A stretch of DNA of 64,000 nt, taken from NCBI RefSeq assembly GCF_009914755.1, contig NC_060934.1; one strand, given 5' to 3'. The notes under the pieces were generated by a model. The model saw only the letters and a list, made by a program, of their open reading frames with translations, did not search any database and was not told where the DNA came from. A program made the position numbers and the translations under genes. Within the stretch, counting starts at the first letter, position 1. The number at the start of each line of letters is the position of its first letter. This DNA is from the human T2T-CHM13v2.0 reference genome, Homo sapiens. Positions 1-13,040 of the stretch are shown here, in pieces.

Positions 1-1270
1 TGAGAGCCATCCTTATGCCTTTGTCCCGCACAGGATTCCAGTGTTGAATCCACTTCCAGGACAGCTCTTATTCATGAGCTGCCCATGCCTAAGGACCCTC
101 ACTCAGTAGCCACTGTGCCCACAAGCAGCTACCGTGTGCTAGGGGGGGTTTGTGCTCAGAGTTGAAGACCCAACCTTGAATCACACACAATCTCCTGGCC
201 TTAGGAGGAAGATGTCTTTTCTAGGTTGTTCTTTTCACTACCTTGAAAAATTTCTCTCCCAGGGTAATAGACAGTGAGAAAAATAGCTGTCGCTGGGTGT
301 GAGCCCTCTATTCTGGCCTTTTCATCTTCTGACTTGCCCTTGTGCCTGTTTGTACTGTGCAGAAATCACTGGACTATGTGGCTGTGTGCTTCTGCTGTTG
401 CAAAACCCTCCCAACCTATCCACAGTAGCCAACAGTCCTGTTTAGGAATGCTCACTAATAATGTCCTGGCACAAGGGAAACCAGAATACTAGACTCCAAG
501 GGAATTGATTATTTTCTCATATTTCCTTCTTTTTTTTTTTTTAACAATGAACCTCAGGTACTTTTTTGTCAGTACAGTAAAATATGGAAAGTGAGAACAG
601 TAGAAATGTGTAAATTCATGGACGAGGTGAGTTCTGCCTGTCTCCTCTTCTTTGCTCACATCTCTCACTGATGGGAGATGCTGCATCGGACAGCACGGCA
701 CCCACAGCTCAACTCAAAGCCTTCCACAGCCAGAGGACATGGATCTGGGCTGTGTGGAATTCTGCTGAGACTAACACAGACTTTTTTGAGTGTGAAAATA
801 TTCTTGGCAGTCATTTGCTTCACCCAGATATTTGGAGAATAGAAATCTATATCAGAGATATTGGTAAAATATTATATGAAACAGTATCCAATAAATGATA
901 GTCTTAATTCAGGACCTTAGTGTAGCTGCACACTCAGTGGAAATTATGCAAAGTAGGTTTCTTTCAGCCAGGAAAAACCAAAAGCCTGAGTTTCAGGGGG
1001 AAACCCTATGGCTCCTTCTTCTTCCTGGCCATCTGCAGGGAGGACTTGGTTTTGGAGGTGCCCTGTCATAGAGGCACGGCATAAAATGGCAGCTCCCTGT
1101 TTTCAAGGAAGCCAGGGTAGGGGGAGCACAGAGGTTATGCTCTGGTCCTCACCTCCAGGTTCCAGGGCTGATGACAGTAAAAGAAAGCAGCACTGATCTG
1201 GGTGCGGAGTCTGGCACCAGGTTGTCTTCATTGGATTTGGAGTTGAACTTGCTTGGATTTCCTCCCTGGA

Positions 1271-1290
1271 GGGGTGGGGGTGGGGTTGGG
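1271..1290 (+). other. G-quadruplex-forming motif
   Basis: GGGGTGGGGGTGGGGTTGGG has four G-runs of at least 3 with 1-2 nt loops. Confidence 0.5.
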
Positions 1291-1799
1291 AGTATTCCCT
1301 GCTGATACTGTGGTTTTGTCGGGACATTTCAGTGAAAACATTCTCCTACTACTGATGCTTTTCAGTCAAAGAGGCTTTCATAAATTCCCTCTGATACCAA
1401 AATGGGATTTATGAGAAATCCCAGAACTGATGTATGCAACTGCGTGTGTAGCACAGTTACCCTGATTTATGGAAAAATACAAGAGACAGAGGGTGAGCTG
1501 CTCTCCCAGGCTTACCAATGAGCAAACACATGTTTACTTTGTACCTGTAACTGCATGGCTTTTGTTTCTACACTACGTTATATTTTAAAATAACTTTATC
1601 TTACTTTACACCTACAGGGAAGGGGCTGGCATGAACAAATGCCAGTTTGCCCTTAATGAAGCCAGTTCACGGCAGATAGTTACGAACATGATGTGATGTG
1701 CCACCCTGGAGCAGAGAGAGCTTGCACATGGTCTATGCCCTGGTCCTTGCCATGCTTCTGTCACCTCAGTGGAGCAATGAGGCTTGCACATTTTGCTTC

Positions 1800-2160
1800 T
1801 TTCTTCTCATTCCTCAATCTATTTTTTTTCCAGGCCCCAGGCACTCTGATTGGTGCTGGGCTGGCGAGAGAAGATAAAAGCTGGCCTTTGCCCTTCATTC
1901 TAGTGAGGGGTGTAACAGAACAAAGTAAAAGCTGAAAAAACAAACTGCCACAAGTTTCTGCTTCATGTCCTAAGGGGTCCATCATGGCTGAGTGTGTGCA
2001 GACACAGGTATATGCCTGCTAGGCATCATTCTGGGTATGAGAACAGCATACGGTTTCCTGGAAGAGGTTGTACCTGCGCTGGACTTAGAGGCACAAATAG
2101 GATTTCAGAAGGTGGAGAATGGAGGAAGGTCGAGGGAGCAGGTGGCGCAGGGGCATGGCT
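1800..2160 (-). mobile_element. Degenerate L2 LINE 3' fragment
   Basis: CCAGGCACT..GGTGCTGGG..CATTCTAGTGAGGGG and TTCCTGGAAGAGGT resemble the antisense L2 3' end. Boundaries approximate. Confidence 0.5.
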
Positions 2161-2279
2161 AACAGCCCACTATCCTACCCGTGAAACGCCATCCCCAGAT
2201 ACTCGCCTATGTGCAGAGGCCAGAACACATCTCCAGGTCAGTGCCTGTGAAGTTCACCAAACACCACGGTGGACCCCAC

Positions 2280-2392
2280 CATGTCACTTTATAAAGGGAG
2301 ACACCAAGGCTCAGAGAGGTTCAAGCTGAGATGTGGAACCTGGTGGCCCTGACCTGAGAATCTATGTCTTTCCCTCCATCACTGTATTGAAT
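2280..2392 (-). mobile_element. MIR fragment
   Basis: TTTATAAAGGGAGACACCAAGGCTCAGAGAGGTT resembles the antisense MIR core. Confidence 0.5.
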
Positions 2393-3504
2393 GAAGAGTT
2401 ACAAACAACCAGATTAAGATCTAGAAGCCCAAGATGAGGAATGGGATGACCAGGAGGCTGTAGCTCTTCCTAACAAGCTCCAGCCTTAGCGGGTTCACAT
2501 CCTTAGAGAGAGGGAGAAAACCCTCTTTGCTGTTGTTAGAGACTCTTGACAAGATGCCAAACAGAAGATGCTGAAACTCTCATAACAGCACGCGCTGCAA
2601 TGTTGACGGGGAAGGCTGGCGCTGCCAACCAGTCAGAGGTGCAAGGCCAACACTGATGCTGAGCATGATTGAACAATGAATTCCTTAAAAGCATGAGTCA
2701 TAACTCCTCACAAAAAGGGATAAAATCAGGTCACTAAGTACAAGTCAAATCAAATGGAATTTGTCTTCTTTGAGGAAACAGCCATTAAAACTCTGATCCC
2801 CAGCAGGGCACGGGAGCCACCTCTGAGCCAAGCTAGTCAGGCATCGGTTCCCGGGATGACCATAACTTTTCCCTCTGAAGAACCACTGAAAGGACCATGG
2901 ATGTGTAGCTCACGAAAGAGGTGACCGAGGAAGCTAGAAGACCTGGCTTCAAATACGTACAGTGCTGCCATCTGGGAAAACACCAACTTATTCTTCAGGG
3001 CTAATTGACCAATGCAGGGAAGAGAAACACACTTCCATCTAATTTGAGGATTAGATTTCTAGCAAACATCAGAGTCATTTCTTGCTAACAAGGAGATTCT
3101 TGCCATCACAGAAGATCAAGCAAAGAAGTGAGGATCACCATCTGTCCGTGGTTCTTACAAGGGAGCCAGATATTTTATGGAAAGGTGACTTGAGTAACTT
3201 TAAGGAGTCTTATCAAAATGAAATGTCAGATGAAAATCATTAATTTTTAAAATGTGTGGAATTTTACAGCCAACATCCAAAGAATCACCAAATGTGAGGA
3301 CATCATGAGGGGGATGCTGGGTCTGGAGGAGGAGGAGATCCAACACCTTTCCCTGTGGACAAAGAGTGAATGGGACTTTATGGGGTGAGAGCCCAGGAGG
3401 CAGCAGGGTCCAGGGGCCGGGAGACAGAACTGGCTCCGATCTCCCCTGCCACACATGTGTTGGGAATCCCTGAAGGCTTCCTATCCAGGTCCACCCCTCC
3501 TGAA

Positions 3505-3880
3505 AAATACTGCATGAGCTTTTTTATATGTGAAATCTGTAAAAGTCCAAATCATTGAAACCGAGTACAGTGGTAGTTACCAAGAATGGGGAAGGGAAGA
3601 AATGGGTCAGGGTATGATCTTGCGGTAATGTGGCTGAATCCATCTGGAGGGCTAATGTACAGATGAGGACTGTGGTGGATAACATTGTATTCTATCCTGG
3701 AAATTTGCTAAGAGGGTGGATTTCAGGTGCTCTTACCCACCCCTACCACCCCCACACACAAGTAACTATGGAAGATAATGGATATGTTAATTTGGCTTAC
3801 TGTAGTAATCATTTCACTATGTATATGTCTATCAAAACACCATGTTGTACACCTTCAATACATGCAATAGGAATTAAATA
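3505..3880 (+). mobile_element. L1MA/L1MB-type LINE-1 3' UTR fragment
   Basis: Typical old L1 3' end motifs: GAAATTTGCTAAGAGGGTGGATTT, GGATATGTTAATTTGGCTT, AATCATTTCACTATGTATATG, CATGTTGTACACCTT. Confidence 0.8.
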
Positions 3881-4205
3881 CATGCTTTAGAGAAAGAGCT
3901 AAGAGTCAAGTCCCCTATGTCCAGGCCACCTATCAGCTGATTACAACAGATACTGTTTACTCCACGCCAGACACAAGGACTGGGACAGCGGTCATGTCAC
4001 CTTATGATATCCCCACCACAACTCCCCGTGTAAGTACTAGCATTACCCTGATTTACAGATGATGTTGGCTCAGACCCATGAACTTCCAGATTTCTAGAAT
4101 GAGCTCTGCTTGCCGCCTTCCACCCAAAGAGATCAAGAGCTCTCAGGGGTGGGATGAAATACACGTCTCCATCAACCCAATCTGCATGGCAGAGGGTACA
4201 GGACC

Positions 4206-4572
4206 TAAAATGGTTTTTCTGTGTCCCCACCCAAATCTCATCTTGAATTGTAATTTGCACATGTGGAGGGAGGGACCTTGGGGGAGGTGAGTGAATTATG
4301 GGTGTGGTTCCCCCCATGCTGTTCTCATGATAGTGAGTGAGTGCTCATGAGATCTGGTTGTTTGATAAAGGTGTCTGGTGCTTCCCCACTTTGTTCTCTC
4401 TCACCTGCCAACATGTAAGATGTGCTTTGCTTCCCCTTCACCTTCTGCCATGATTGTAAGTTTCCTGAGGCCTCCCAGCCATGCAAAACTGTATGTCAAT
4501 TAAACCTCTTTTCTTTATAAATTACCCAGTCTCAGGCTATTCTTCGTATCAGTGTGAAAATGAACTAATACA
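4206..4572 (+). mobile_element. THE1 (THE1D-like) MaLR solo LTR
   Basis: Runs from TGGTT..GTGTCCCCACCCAAATCTCATCTTGAATTG through TTTATAAATTACCCAGTCTCAGG to ACTAATACA. 5-bp TSD GGACC/GGACA. Confidence 0.9.
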
Positions 4573-6345
4573 GGACACATGCTTAAGAAGAGCCTGAGAT
4601 TGCTAACTGAACTTAGTTTACGAAATGGAACCACTCTCTTTCTTCCCTCCTTAATTTTCCCCTGTCTAGAAGCATTTAGTTTTCTAGAATGTTCATGATA
4701 TATTTTGGTGAAACGAATATCAATTTTCAGACATTACCAATTCTACTAATCCTCAAGCAAAAATGTAAGCTTGTCTTGCCCTGCCACCAACCACCAGGGT
4801 CAACCAGCTCAACCACAGAAAGCGTATGAGCTCCCTGTGGGGTGGTATAGACACCCCTCCTTCTGCCAGCAGCCTGCTCTCCATCACCCCCTCCATGTTT
4901 GTAACTTCTCTTTGTCTGAAGGGTCCCACAGAACCTCATGTGCTCCTCTGGAATTGCATTGCTATTCATGCCTGTGAATCCCTGGAATTTCTCCAGACAA
5001 AAACTGACACCCATGGACCTGAGACTGCCTGGCTGGAAGTGCAGGACAGAGGTAGCATGACCACCCAGAGAGAGAAGAGCCCAGGCCCAAGCCCCAGGCC
5101 GGCTGTGCTGGGAGCCTCTTGTCGCCCCAGAGCCTTTTAGCGTGGGACTCACCTCCTCCCAATTCAAAGTTAAAGTGCCTCCCTGGCTTTGTCCCCTCCC
5201 CTGCCTAGGCCATTCCACCTGACAAGACTATGCACTAGGCTTTGCCTTGCTCTCCCAGTGTTCCTGAGACCCACTATGCACTAGCCTCCCTCTGCCCCGC
5301 ACCAGATGGTATCCCTCCCCCGCTTCCTGGGCTGATCAGAGCATGAACGGTGCTGACTGAAGACGTGGTGGGGACCCCTGGGAAGAACAAGAGCTTGTAA
5401 TTGCACCCTGGCCGGGTGAAAGCAGATGCCCACAAAAGTGACAGTAGAGTTAGGTCGGTGAGTCCTGGCACGAAAAGGCTCCGTCCTCCCTCCCCCAGTT
5501 GGTCTTATTTTGACATTATAAGGGACAAGTCCTTGATTCTTGACTGTCCCAGCCATGCTCAGAACACGGCCCCCAGGGGCAACATGGTGCTTTGGTGGTG
5601 GGGCAGTGTCCCCGGGACAGGCCCCCACACCAGACTGGGGCTCACTGGAGCCTGTGGTTCCAGCTGCCCTCTGGGGGTATCACACTGCCTTCTTAGGCAG
5701 TGATGCAGCTCACTATAAACCTAAGACACCCACAGAATCTATGGTAACATAATTCCAGGCACTTTAAGGCACTATCAGTTACAACCTCCAAATAAAACAA
5801 ACCTGGATCAAAATTTATTTCATGTCAGAATTTTATCATAGTTATAAACTCTATCAGGGCTTGAAAGCACTGTGACATTAAATTTATCCACACTGCAAGA
5901 CAGAAAGCCAGGGAGGGGACGAGTCATATTTGTTGGTTTTATTTTACCACCAGTACATTGAGAAATTAAATGGCCGCCGTTTCCTAAATATACCAAAATG
6001 CTCAGTTAATTCTGCTCCCTGGCTTAAGCCCATCAGTACAGTTCATGTAAATATTTCTCCCCAAGTGTTTTGAGTCATCCCTTGATGGTCCAAACTGTTC
6101 TTCGTTTGGGCGCGGTTATTGACGTGTATAGAAATTAGAAGGTATTGACAAGCAATAGACACGGCTATGGGTATCTAGCCCTGGGGTTCTCACCTCTGGC
6201 TACAAAAGGGACATTTAAAAATCGAACGACAGGTCTCCTTCCCTGAACAACGCAAAGCAAACCTCTGCAATGGGTACCACGTTTGAGAATTGAAAACCTG
6301 ATTTCCTAAGTGATTCTGTGGCACAGCGAGGGTTTTCAGCCACAC

Positions 6346-6516
6346 CAGCACGTCCCAAACCGCGTGGGGTGTGCAAGCTTACTGGGGATCTGGTTAAAAT
6401 GCACACTCCAGCTCAATAGGTCCAGGACAAACCCGGAGAGCCTGCGTTTCTAACATTTCCCCCCCATGGACACTGATGGTGCTGCTCCAACAAGACCCAC
6501 TAGTGGGAGGGCAGAG
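6346..6516. mobile_element. MER5-family hAT-Charlie DNA transposon relic
   Basis: CTGGGGATCTGGTTAAAATGCA, CTGCGTTTCTAACA and CTGATGGTGCTG motifs. Confidence 0.65.
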
Positions 6517-8046
6517 CCCCCGCACCGAAGATATGGGGTCCTGTCACTGTCATGCTCGCTGTGGGGGCCAGAATCCTCACAGGACCTCCCTGGGTGATAG
6601 CAGGTCCAGCCCTGGACAGTGGTGCAGGGTTCCCAGCTCCCACCAGATGGTCCTTCCATCTCACCATAGCTACAAGGTAACTGTGGCTATGTTGAGAATT
6701 AGGGTGACAAGGCACTACCTTGCCATCGGGAACAGCACCTGCTGTCCCCATAGAACCGTGTGTGTCTGTGACTCTGAAATTGTGAATGTCAGTTGTTTGC
6801 ACCATCTAGAAAAGCTGAGATGCAGGTGTTGAGAAAATACCATGGTAACCAGGGCTATTGCCCTGCGTCATGCTGGACAGATGCCCTTACCCTTGGCTTC
6901 AAAGCCGCCACAGAGCCTTTATCCGAGACCATCTCACTCTGAGCAAAGAAAACTTTCTGTGAAGGAGCAGTTGGATGACCAGAGTGAGCACAGGATAAGA
7001 AAATTACACCTCAGACAGCTTCGGCCAGCATACAGTTACAGGGTATTTAGCAACTCAGTGCTGCCCAAGTAAATAGTAGCGGTGACGCCAGTTCAACTGT
7101 TCTTGCAAGGGCAAGACAAGCTGGATTCCATGATATAGAGAAATACCACCTGTTTTTCAGCCAATCGTATCTTGCAATCTTTGCAGTTTTTACCCGATTA
7201 AATAATCCCGAGGACTTATCAGCAAAATGGAAGGAGAATCATATCAGAGTCAGAACCTGTCTGCCATCCTCCATATGGAGATAAGAGTGAGGATCCCTGG
7301 GCTTGCAACTGAAGGCAGTCAAGGACAGAGGCTGTGGAGTTGGAGAAGGAAATGGAAGCATAACCCACAAGCCATGGTCCCCACCCTGGTGCCTCAGTGG
7401 TCCCAGAAGCCATCACTTGCTGGCTAAAACCCAGAGGCGGCTCTGCCTGCTACTCTAGTCACCAAGGGCTGTGCTCAATACACAGCCCTGCAACATAACC
7501 TAAAAGTCACAAGGTGGCCTTCCTCCCAAGAGAGTCTTCATCTCACTAGCAAGAAACCTCAGTGTCCACTCCCAAGGAAGACACTTAGATGTGGAAGGTC
7601 AGGCCTTAGAAAGGGTGCTACCTCTTCAAAGAGCTCACCATATTTTTAAATAAAAAATGTTTGTATTTTATTTTAACTTTGTCAGTGATTCATAGCAGTA
7701 AAAATGTAAAACAAAACTTACATTCACATCACCAACACGACCATCTGAAAAACATATCTTTTTACCTTTCCGTGTCTGTAACTAGAAACCTGACGGGGCG
7801 GCGACTGGCTCTCTTCTCTATTCCTGCAAGCCCAGGGCACACACATGGTCTGGGATAGGGGCTGAGACAGGGCTGTGTGGTCTCCACCTCTGCCAGGAGA
7901 AAGGGGGACATCCCCCAAGGCAGCCTCATAGGAGAGCCAAAGGGCAAACTCATTTCAAATAGGATCAGTTGCCAATTTGAGGCTCTCAGCCCTAGAACAG
8001 GGCCAGGCCCCTGGTAGGTCCTCAGTCAATACTTGGGAGAGAATAA

Positions 8047-8431
<385 letters not shown>

Positions 8432-8924
8432 TGATCAAAGAAATCTATCCAAAGAGAAGGGAAATTCTCAAAAGAGAAAGTATTTTCTCCACTGGGATGT
8501 TGAAAGAGTCTTATTTGTAAAACTAAGAATTAAAAATAAATATCTGACAATATATCATGAAAAATAGATTCAACAAAAAATGTTTGATCTTTCGTAACGT
8601 TGTGAAATTCTTTATTTTCTGTTGATGGGACTGCAAATTGTGAAAACATGTTCAGGAGGGTAATTTGGTAACTAGCATCAAAGAGTGGTCAAAAAGTTTT
8701 GGCATCACTTGTAGGGATTCATCTTAAATGCATAATCAGAGAAGCAGGGAATGTGCGTGCCAATGTGCCCCGCCGGAAGGCATTTCTAATGTTACCTTGG
8801 TAGGAGTAGGTGCGTGGAATGAATTAGGGGAGTCATCAGTATGACAGTAAAAAGTGGAGTCTCTGAAGACAGACAGGTCCTGTGTCCTCGGGAGACTGGG
8901 GCCAGGCGCATGATAGCGCTGTAC

Positions 8925-9320
8925 TTCCAACCATGGGCTCATCACAGTGCCTACCTGGCGGTGGTGTTAGCAGATTTAATACGGTCACACTCGAAAGTGC
9001 TTAGCTCATACCTGGCTTATAGGAGGCACGTGATAGGTTGGACATCATCCTCATGGTGAGGTCAAACTCGACAGGCAGGTGGTATGATCGCCCCTTTTTC
9101 TACACCAGGTCGCACCTTGGTGAGAGAGTCCAGCAGGTTACAGGACAGGTGAGCCAGGTTCTGTGCTTGCTCCATGCCAGACACAAGGATCACACCTTGG
9201 AAATGATACCTCAGTGAATCTCCATGAAGAATCCTTTGCAGTAACAACCGCTTCTGTATGAAGACACTGAGATCAAGAGAAGTTAAATAGTAAGCTGAGA
9301 TTTGAGGCCAGATCAGACTG
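8925..9320. mobile_element. Cluster of MIR fragments (both orientations)
   Basis: GTGCCTACCT..AAAGTGCTTAG..CCTGGC is a sense MIR 3' part. GAAGACACTGAGATCAAGAGAAGTTAAAT..GAGATTTGA is an antisense core. Confidence 0.5.
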
Positions 9321-9640
9321 CATTCATTCAATAGACATTTATTGAGAATCTACTTTGTGGCAAAGAGTTGCAAGGTCCTGAGAAGCATCACTGAACAGGT
9401 GAAGACCCCAGTCCCTAGAATATTTATCTCCACCAGGAGATAAACCACGGACAGCATGCACAATACCCATGCAAATCGTACAGCATGTTGGTAGGCGAGA
9501 AGTCCTGTGGGACGTTGTAAGGACAGGGAAGAGGTGAAGGAGGACTGTCACAGCAGACTTCACTGAGAAGTGGACATCTGAGAAAGAACTTGAAGGTGGT
9601 CATGAAGTTATCTAAACAACACATAAAGGTATTGCTGTGA
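9321..9640 (-). mobile_element. L2 LINE 3' end
   Basis: CATTCATTCAA..ATTTATTGAG antisense tail, then CTTCACTGAGAAGTGGACATCTGAG..CTTGAAGG. Confidence 0.7.
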
Positions 9641-9650
9641 GGGTAGGTTA

Positions 9651-9725
9651 TTTTTTTTAATTATATTTTAAGTTCTAGAGTACGTGTGCAAAATGTGCAG
9701 GTTTGTTTCATAGGTATACATATGC
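9651..9725 (-). mobile_element. L1PA 3' terminal fragment
   Basis: T-rich tail then TTATATTTTAAGTTCTAGAGTACGTGTGCAAAATGTGCAGGTTTGTT. Confidence 0.8.
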
Positions 9726-9754
9726 TTCAATGCCCAGGTCCTGGCAGCGCTGCT

Positions 9755-9890
9755 GTATTATAATTTTGCAAGATGTTCTCACTTGGGGGTGGGGGGATGG
9801 GTAAAGGATTCACAGGAATCTCAGAATTATTTCACATAATTGCTTGTGAATCTACAATTATCAATTATGTCAAAACAAAAGGTTTAATTA
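9755..9890 (+). mobile_element. L1MC/L1MD 3' end fragment
   Basis: TTTTGCAAGATGTT..GGGTAAAGG..GTGAATCTACAATTATC motif series. Confidence 0.65.
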
Positions 9891-10419
9891 ACATGTAAGC
9901 ATGTATATACATAAGTAAAATAGGTACACCTGTGTATATGTATACATATGCATGCATGTATGCACAGGTGCATGTACACATGGGGGAGTGCAGCAGATCC
10001 CTCCTGCTCTGTGGGATGCTGCTGCAGAGGTAGGCGCCATCAGCCCTGGTCTTACTCAGCTGACAGCTGTGTTCAACGCACCAGTCCCGTTCTTCCCTCT
10101 TGGATGCTCGCCCGACTCCTCCTGGCTCAGGGCTTATCCTCTCAGTCTCCTCCGCTGGATTATCCTCTTATCCCAAATGTCCTGACACTGAGAGCAGTCA
10201 TGAGGTGCCTCTCTTACTTACACTCCCTATGACTGATCTGTCCAGGCCTACTTGGCATGGCTACCTGGCCATCCCATTAATACCACCCACTCAGTGTGCC
10301 CACGCTAACCTCCACCTTGTTCAGCAGCATCTGGGTCTTCCCATCTCATCCTCCAGGTGGCCCTGAACGAAGTCTGGGTGTGGGCTTTCATGCTGCGCTT
10401 TCTCTCACATCCAAATCTA

Positions 10420-10862
10420 GTCCATCAGCAAATCATACTTGCACCAACCTCAAAACCCACAGGAAAGCTCTCAGCTCCTACCATATCCATTGCTGCTCCT
10501 TGGCTCTCCACTTCCTCCACTAATATATTTTCCACTCAGGAGCCAGAATAATTTTGTAAGTCAAAACCTGTCATCTCAATGCTCAAAACACAGTAACAGC
10601 TCCTGACTTCCCCCAAAGTGAAAGTCAAAGTTCCTGAGTATCTAAAGGGTCCTGTGGGATCCGACCACCCTTTTCTTCTCCGAGAGTCCCTAGGTATCCA
10701 CATGGACCTGCCATGGGACCTGGCCATCTGTCACGTGTCTGCACTGAGCTGCACTGACACCCTCATTTCTCATGCAATTTAACCCACACTGACCTCCTGC
10801 TTGTTTCAAATACACCAGGCTCATTCGACGTTTGCTCTGGGCATCCACTCTGCCTTGGACTA
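10420..10862 (+). mobile_element. L2 LINE internal/3' fragment
   Basis: CCATCAGCAAATC, CTCAATGCTCAAAAC, AAAGTCAAAGTTCCT, CACACTGACCTCCTGCTTGTT motifs. Confidence 0.6.
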
Positions 10863-10924
10863 CGTTCATTCAACACGTATTTATTGAGAATCTACTTCAT
10901 GCCAAAGAGTTACAAGGCAGGTTG

Positions 10925-11320
10925 TCCCTGTTTATCACAGAGTAGTGTTCCGTTGTATGGACACGCCGCTGTGTGTCTCTTCACTGACTGATGGACATTT
11001 GGGTTCTTTTCAGTGTGGGGCTGTGTTGAATAAAGCTGCTATAAACATTTGCATACAGATTTTTGTGTGAATATACGATTTTTAAAATGTTCTTTTGGTA
11101 AATATTCATAAGTAGAATTGCTAGGTTATGTGAGAGTTGTATGTTAACTTTACAGAAAACTGACAAATGATTTTCCAAAGTGGTTGAATCATTCTGCACT
11201 CCCAGTAGCAATGTATGAGAGTTCTGGTTGCTCCACCTTCCTTCCAACACTTGGTACAGACATCTTTTAAAATTTCAGCTTCCCTAGTGGGTGTGTGGTG
11301 TCTCATTTCAGTCTCCAATA
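10925..11320 (-). mobile_element. L1ME/L1MB-type fragment
   Basis: GATGGACATTTGGGTT..GAATAAAGCTGCTATAAACATT..CTCCCAGTAGCAATGTATGAGAGTTC..CCAACACTTGGT. Confidence 0.85.
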
Positions 11321-11700
11321 TATGTAAACTTTTTAAAAGCGTGTGGTGTAAAAGTGTGATGTGTAGATTTCAGCTTTCATCAGTTCACACAGGATTGTTG
11401 TTAGGAGTTAGCTCTGAGTGATTTAGCAATAGTTCGTTTTTCTTTTAGCTCTCATGTATTTTAAAATTATTTTCTATTATTAGCACAGTTGTATTATCTA
11501 ATTAAATTGGAAAATAATGCAAACATAAAATAAAGCAGAAAGTGTTTCTGAAATATATGGCCAGCTTATCCTCAATGAAAATGCATGGAAACCTGATGTT
11601 GGGGCCCAAACATTTTCTAAGGAACAGAAGTCCTTTATCCTACATCATAAAGCAGGTTAGGCCAGGACTGAGGCCAGAATGTGAACCTTGCATTAAAATA

Positions 11701-11894
11701 GGGGAACATCACACACCGGGGCCTGTTGTGGGGTCGGGGGAGGGGGGATGAATAGCATTGGGAGGTATACCTAATGTTGGATGACAAGTTAATGGGTGCA
11801 GCACACCAACATGACACATGTATACATATGTAACTAACCTGCACATTGTGCACATGTACCCTAAAACTTAAAGTATAATTAAAAAAAAGAAAAA
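11701..11894 (+). mobile_element. 5'-truncated young L1PA (L1PA3/4-like) 3' end with poly(A)
   Basis: GGGGAACATCACACACCGGGGCCTGTTGTGGGG..CATGTACCCTAAAACTTAAAGTATAAT plus A-tail. TT/AAAA site with probable TSD AAAATA. Confidence 0.93.
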
Positions 11895-12920
11895 AAAATA
11901 CAATGAAACGGAGCCAGTGTGAGTTGGCATAGATGCAATGCCCTACGGCTTGCAGGAGGTGCAGACACAGCCGCTCTTCCCAGGACACTTTAAGACCGAG
12001 CAGTGGACAGCTCCAGGGACTTAGGAAGCACTGAACAAGGGCCGGGGCTGTTTCAGAGCAGAGCCAGGCGCACTCCTTGGGCAAGGAAGGGCCTCAGGGA
12101 GGGGTCCACAGAGGGCTCCGGGAGTCTTGCTCACTCTATGCCTTCACTCTGTGGTCCTGGACTTTGGGAATTTGAGCTGCAATTCAATTAAAGAGGAATA
12201 ATGAAGACTTAACATATTTTCAATGGTTTTGTTACGTTTTACTAAGCAATGCCATGAGAAAACAGCATGTTATTTAAGAAAAGTTCAGTGCACTGTATGT
12301 GTAGGTGTGAATATTCGTATGTAAAAGATGACATCATGCAATGCAATTCCATGGACTGTTTCCTTGAAGCAGTAACTCTGTCAGACTGGGGGTCTATTTT
12401 GGACACTAGAGCCGCAAGTGGAGCTCAGATATCCAATTTATGGGGCACGTCTGATAATTAACTTCAAAAGTACAGAGTCAAATAGGATTGTGGACATAAA
12501 AGACACATCCTTAGCCTCGTTGTGCATTTTCATTCGCTTTGGAGCATACTGATGATCATGGGACCCTTGGGAGCCACAGCACCCAGGCCTCAGGTTTGAG
12601 GGTCAAGGCAGACTCCCCCTGACCCCCTATCTCTTAGAGGTCTAGGAACAAGGCAGAACTTTATTAGCAGGTGGCAAATCCAGCAAGTGAGGGTTTCAGG
12701 AGGGGGACAGCAGGACCCACAGTCCCTAAATGACCCCCTTCCCAGAGGACTGCTCAACTTTGGGTTTCTGTCATCCCAGATAAAGCAGTCAATATTTTAT
12801 CTGACAAGCACAACCCAACCAGATGAACCACGAAACCAGCTCTGCCCCTTTACTCTCTGGGACCCCACCCTCCATTTGGATTTCTTCTATAATTTTAAAC
12901 ATACCGATCTTAAATAAATC

Positions 12921-13040
12921 ACGTCTTGTTTCCTTGCTGTACACAGAAAGTCCTGTTACCTGTGCGTATAGCACAGCACCTAGAACGGGTGATCTGGACA
13001 TAGAAGTTGCTTAGTAGCTGTTTGTGAAATGAATCAAACA
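12921..13040 (+). mobile_element. L2 3' terminal fragment
   Basis: CAGCACCTAGAAC..CTGGACATAGAAGTTGCTTAGTA..TTTGTGAAATGAAT resembles the L2 terminus. Confidence 0.55.

Noticed and set aside
2135-2977. CTCF-like words GGAGCAGGTGGCGC and (minus strand) CCCAGATGGCAGCAC
   Set aside because: Partial matches expected by chance in 64 kb. They need ChIP evidence.
7341-7355. TGGAGAAGGAAATGG, like the ruminant Bov-A SINE start
   Set aside because: A 15-nt purine-rich match with no convincing continuation, in Alu-containing DNA, so probably chance.
9927-9980. Alternating purine-pyrimidine imperfect hairpin
   Set aside because: Low-complexity TA/TG/CA tract where self-complementarity is expected.
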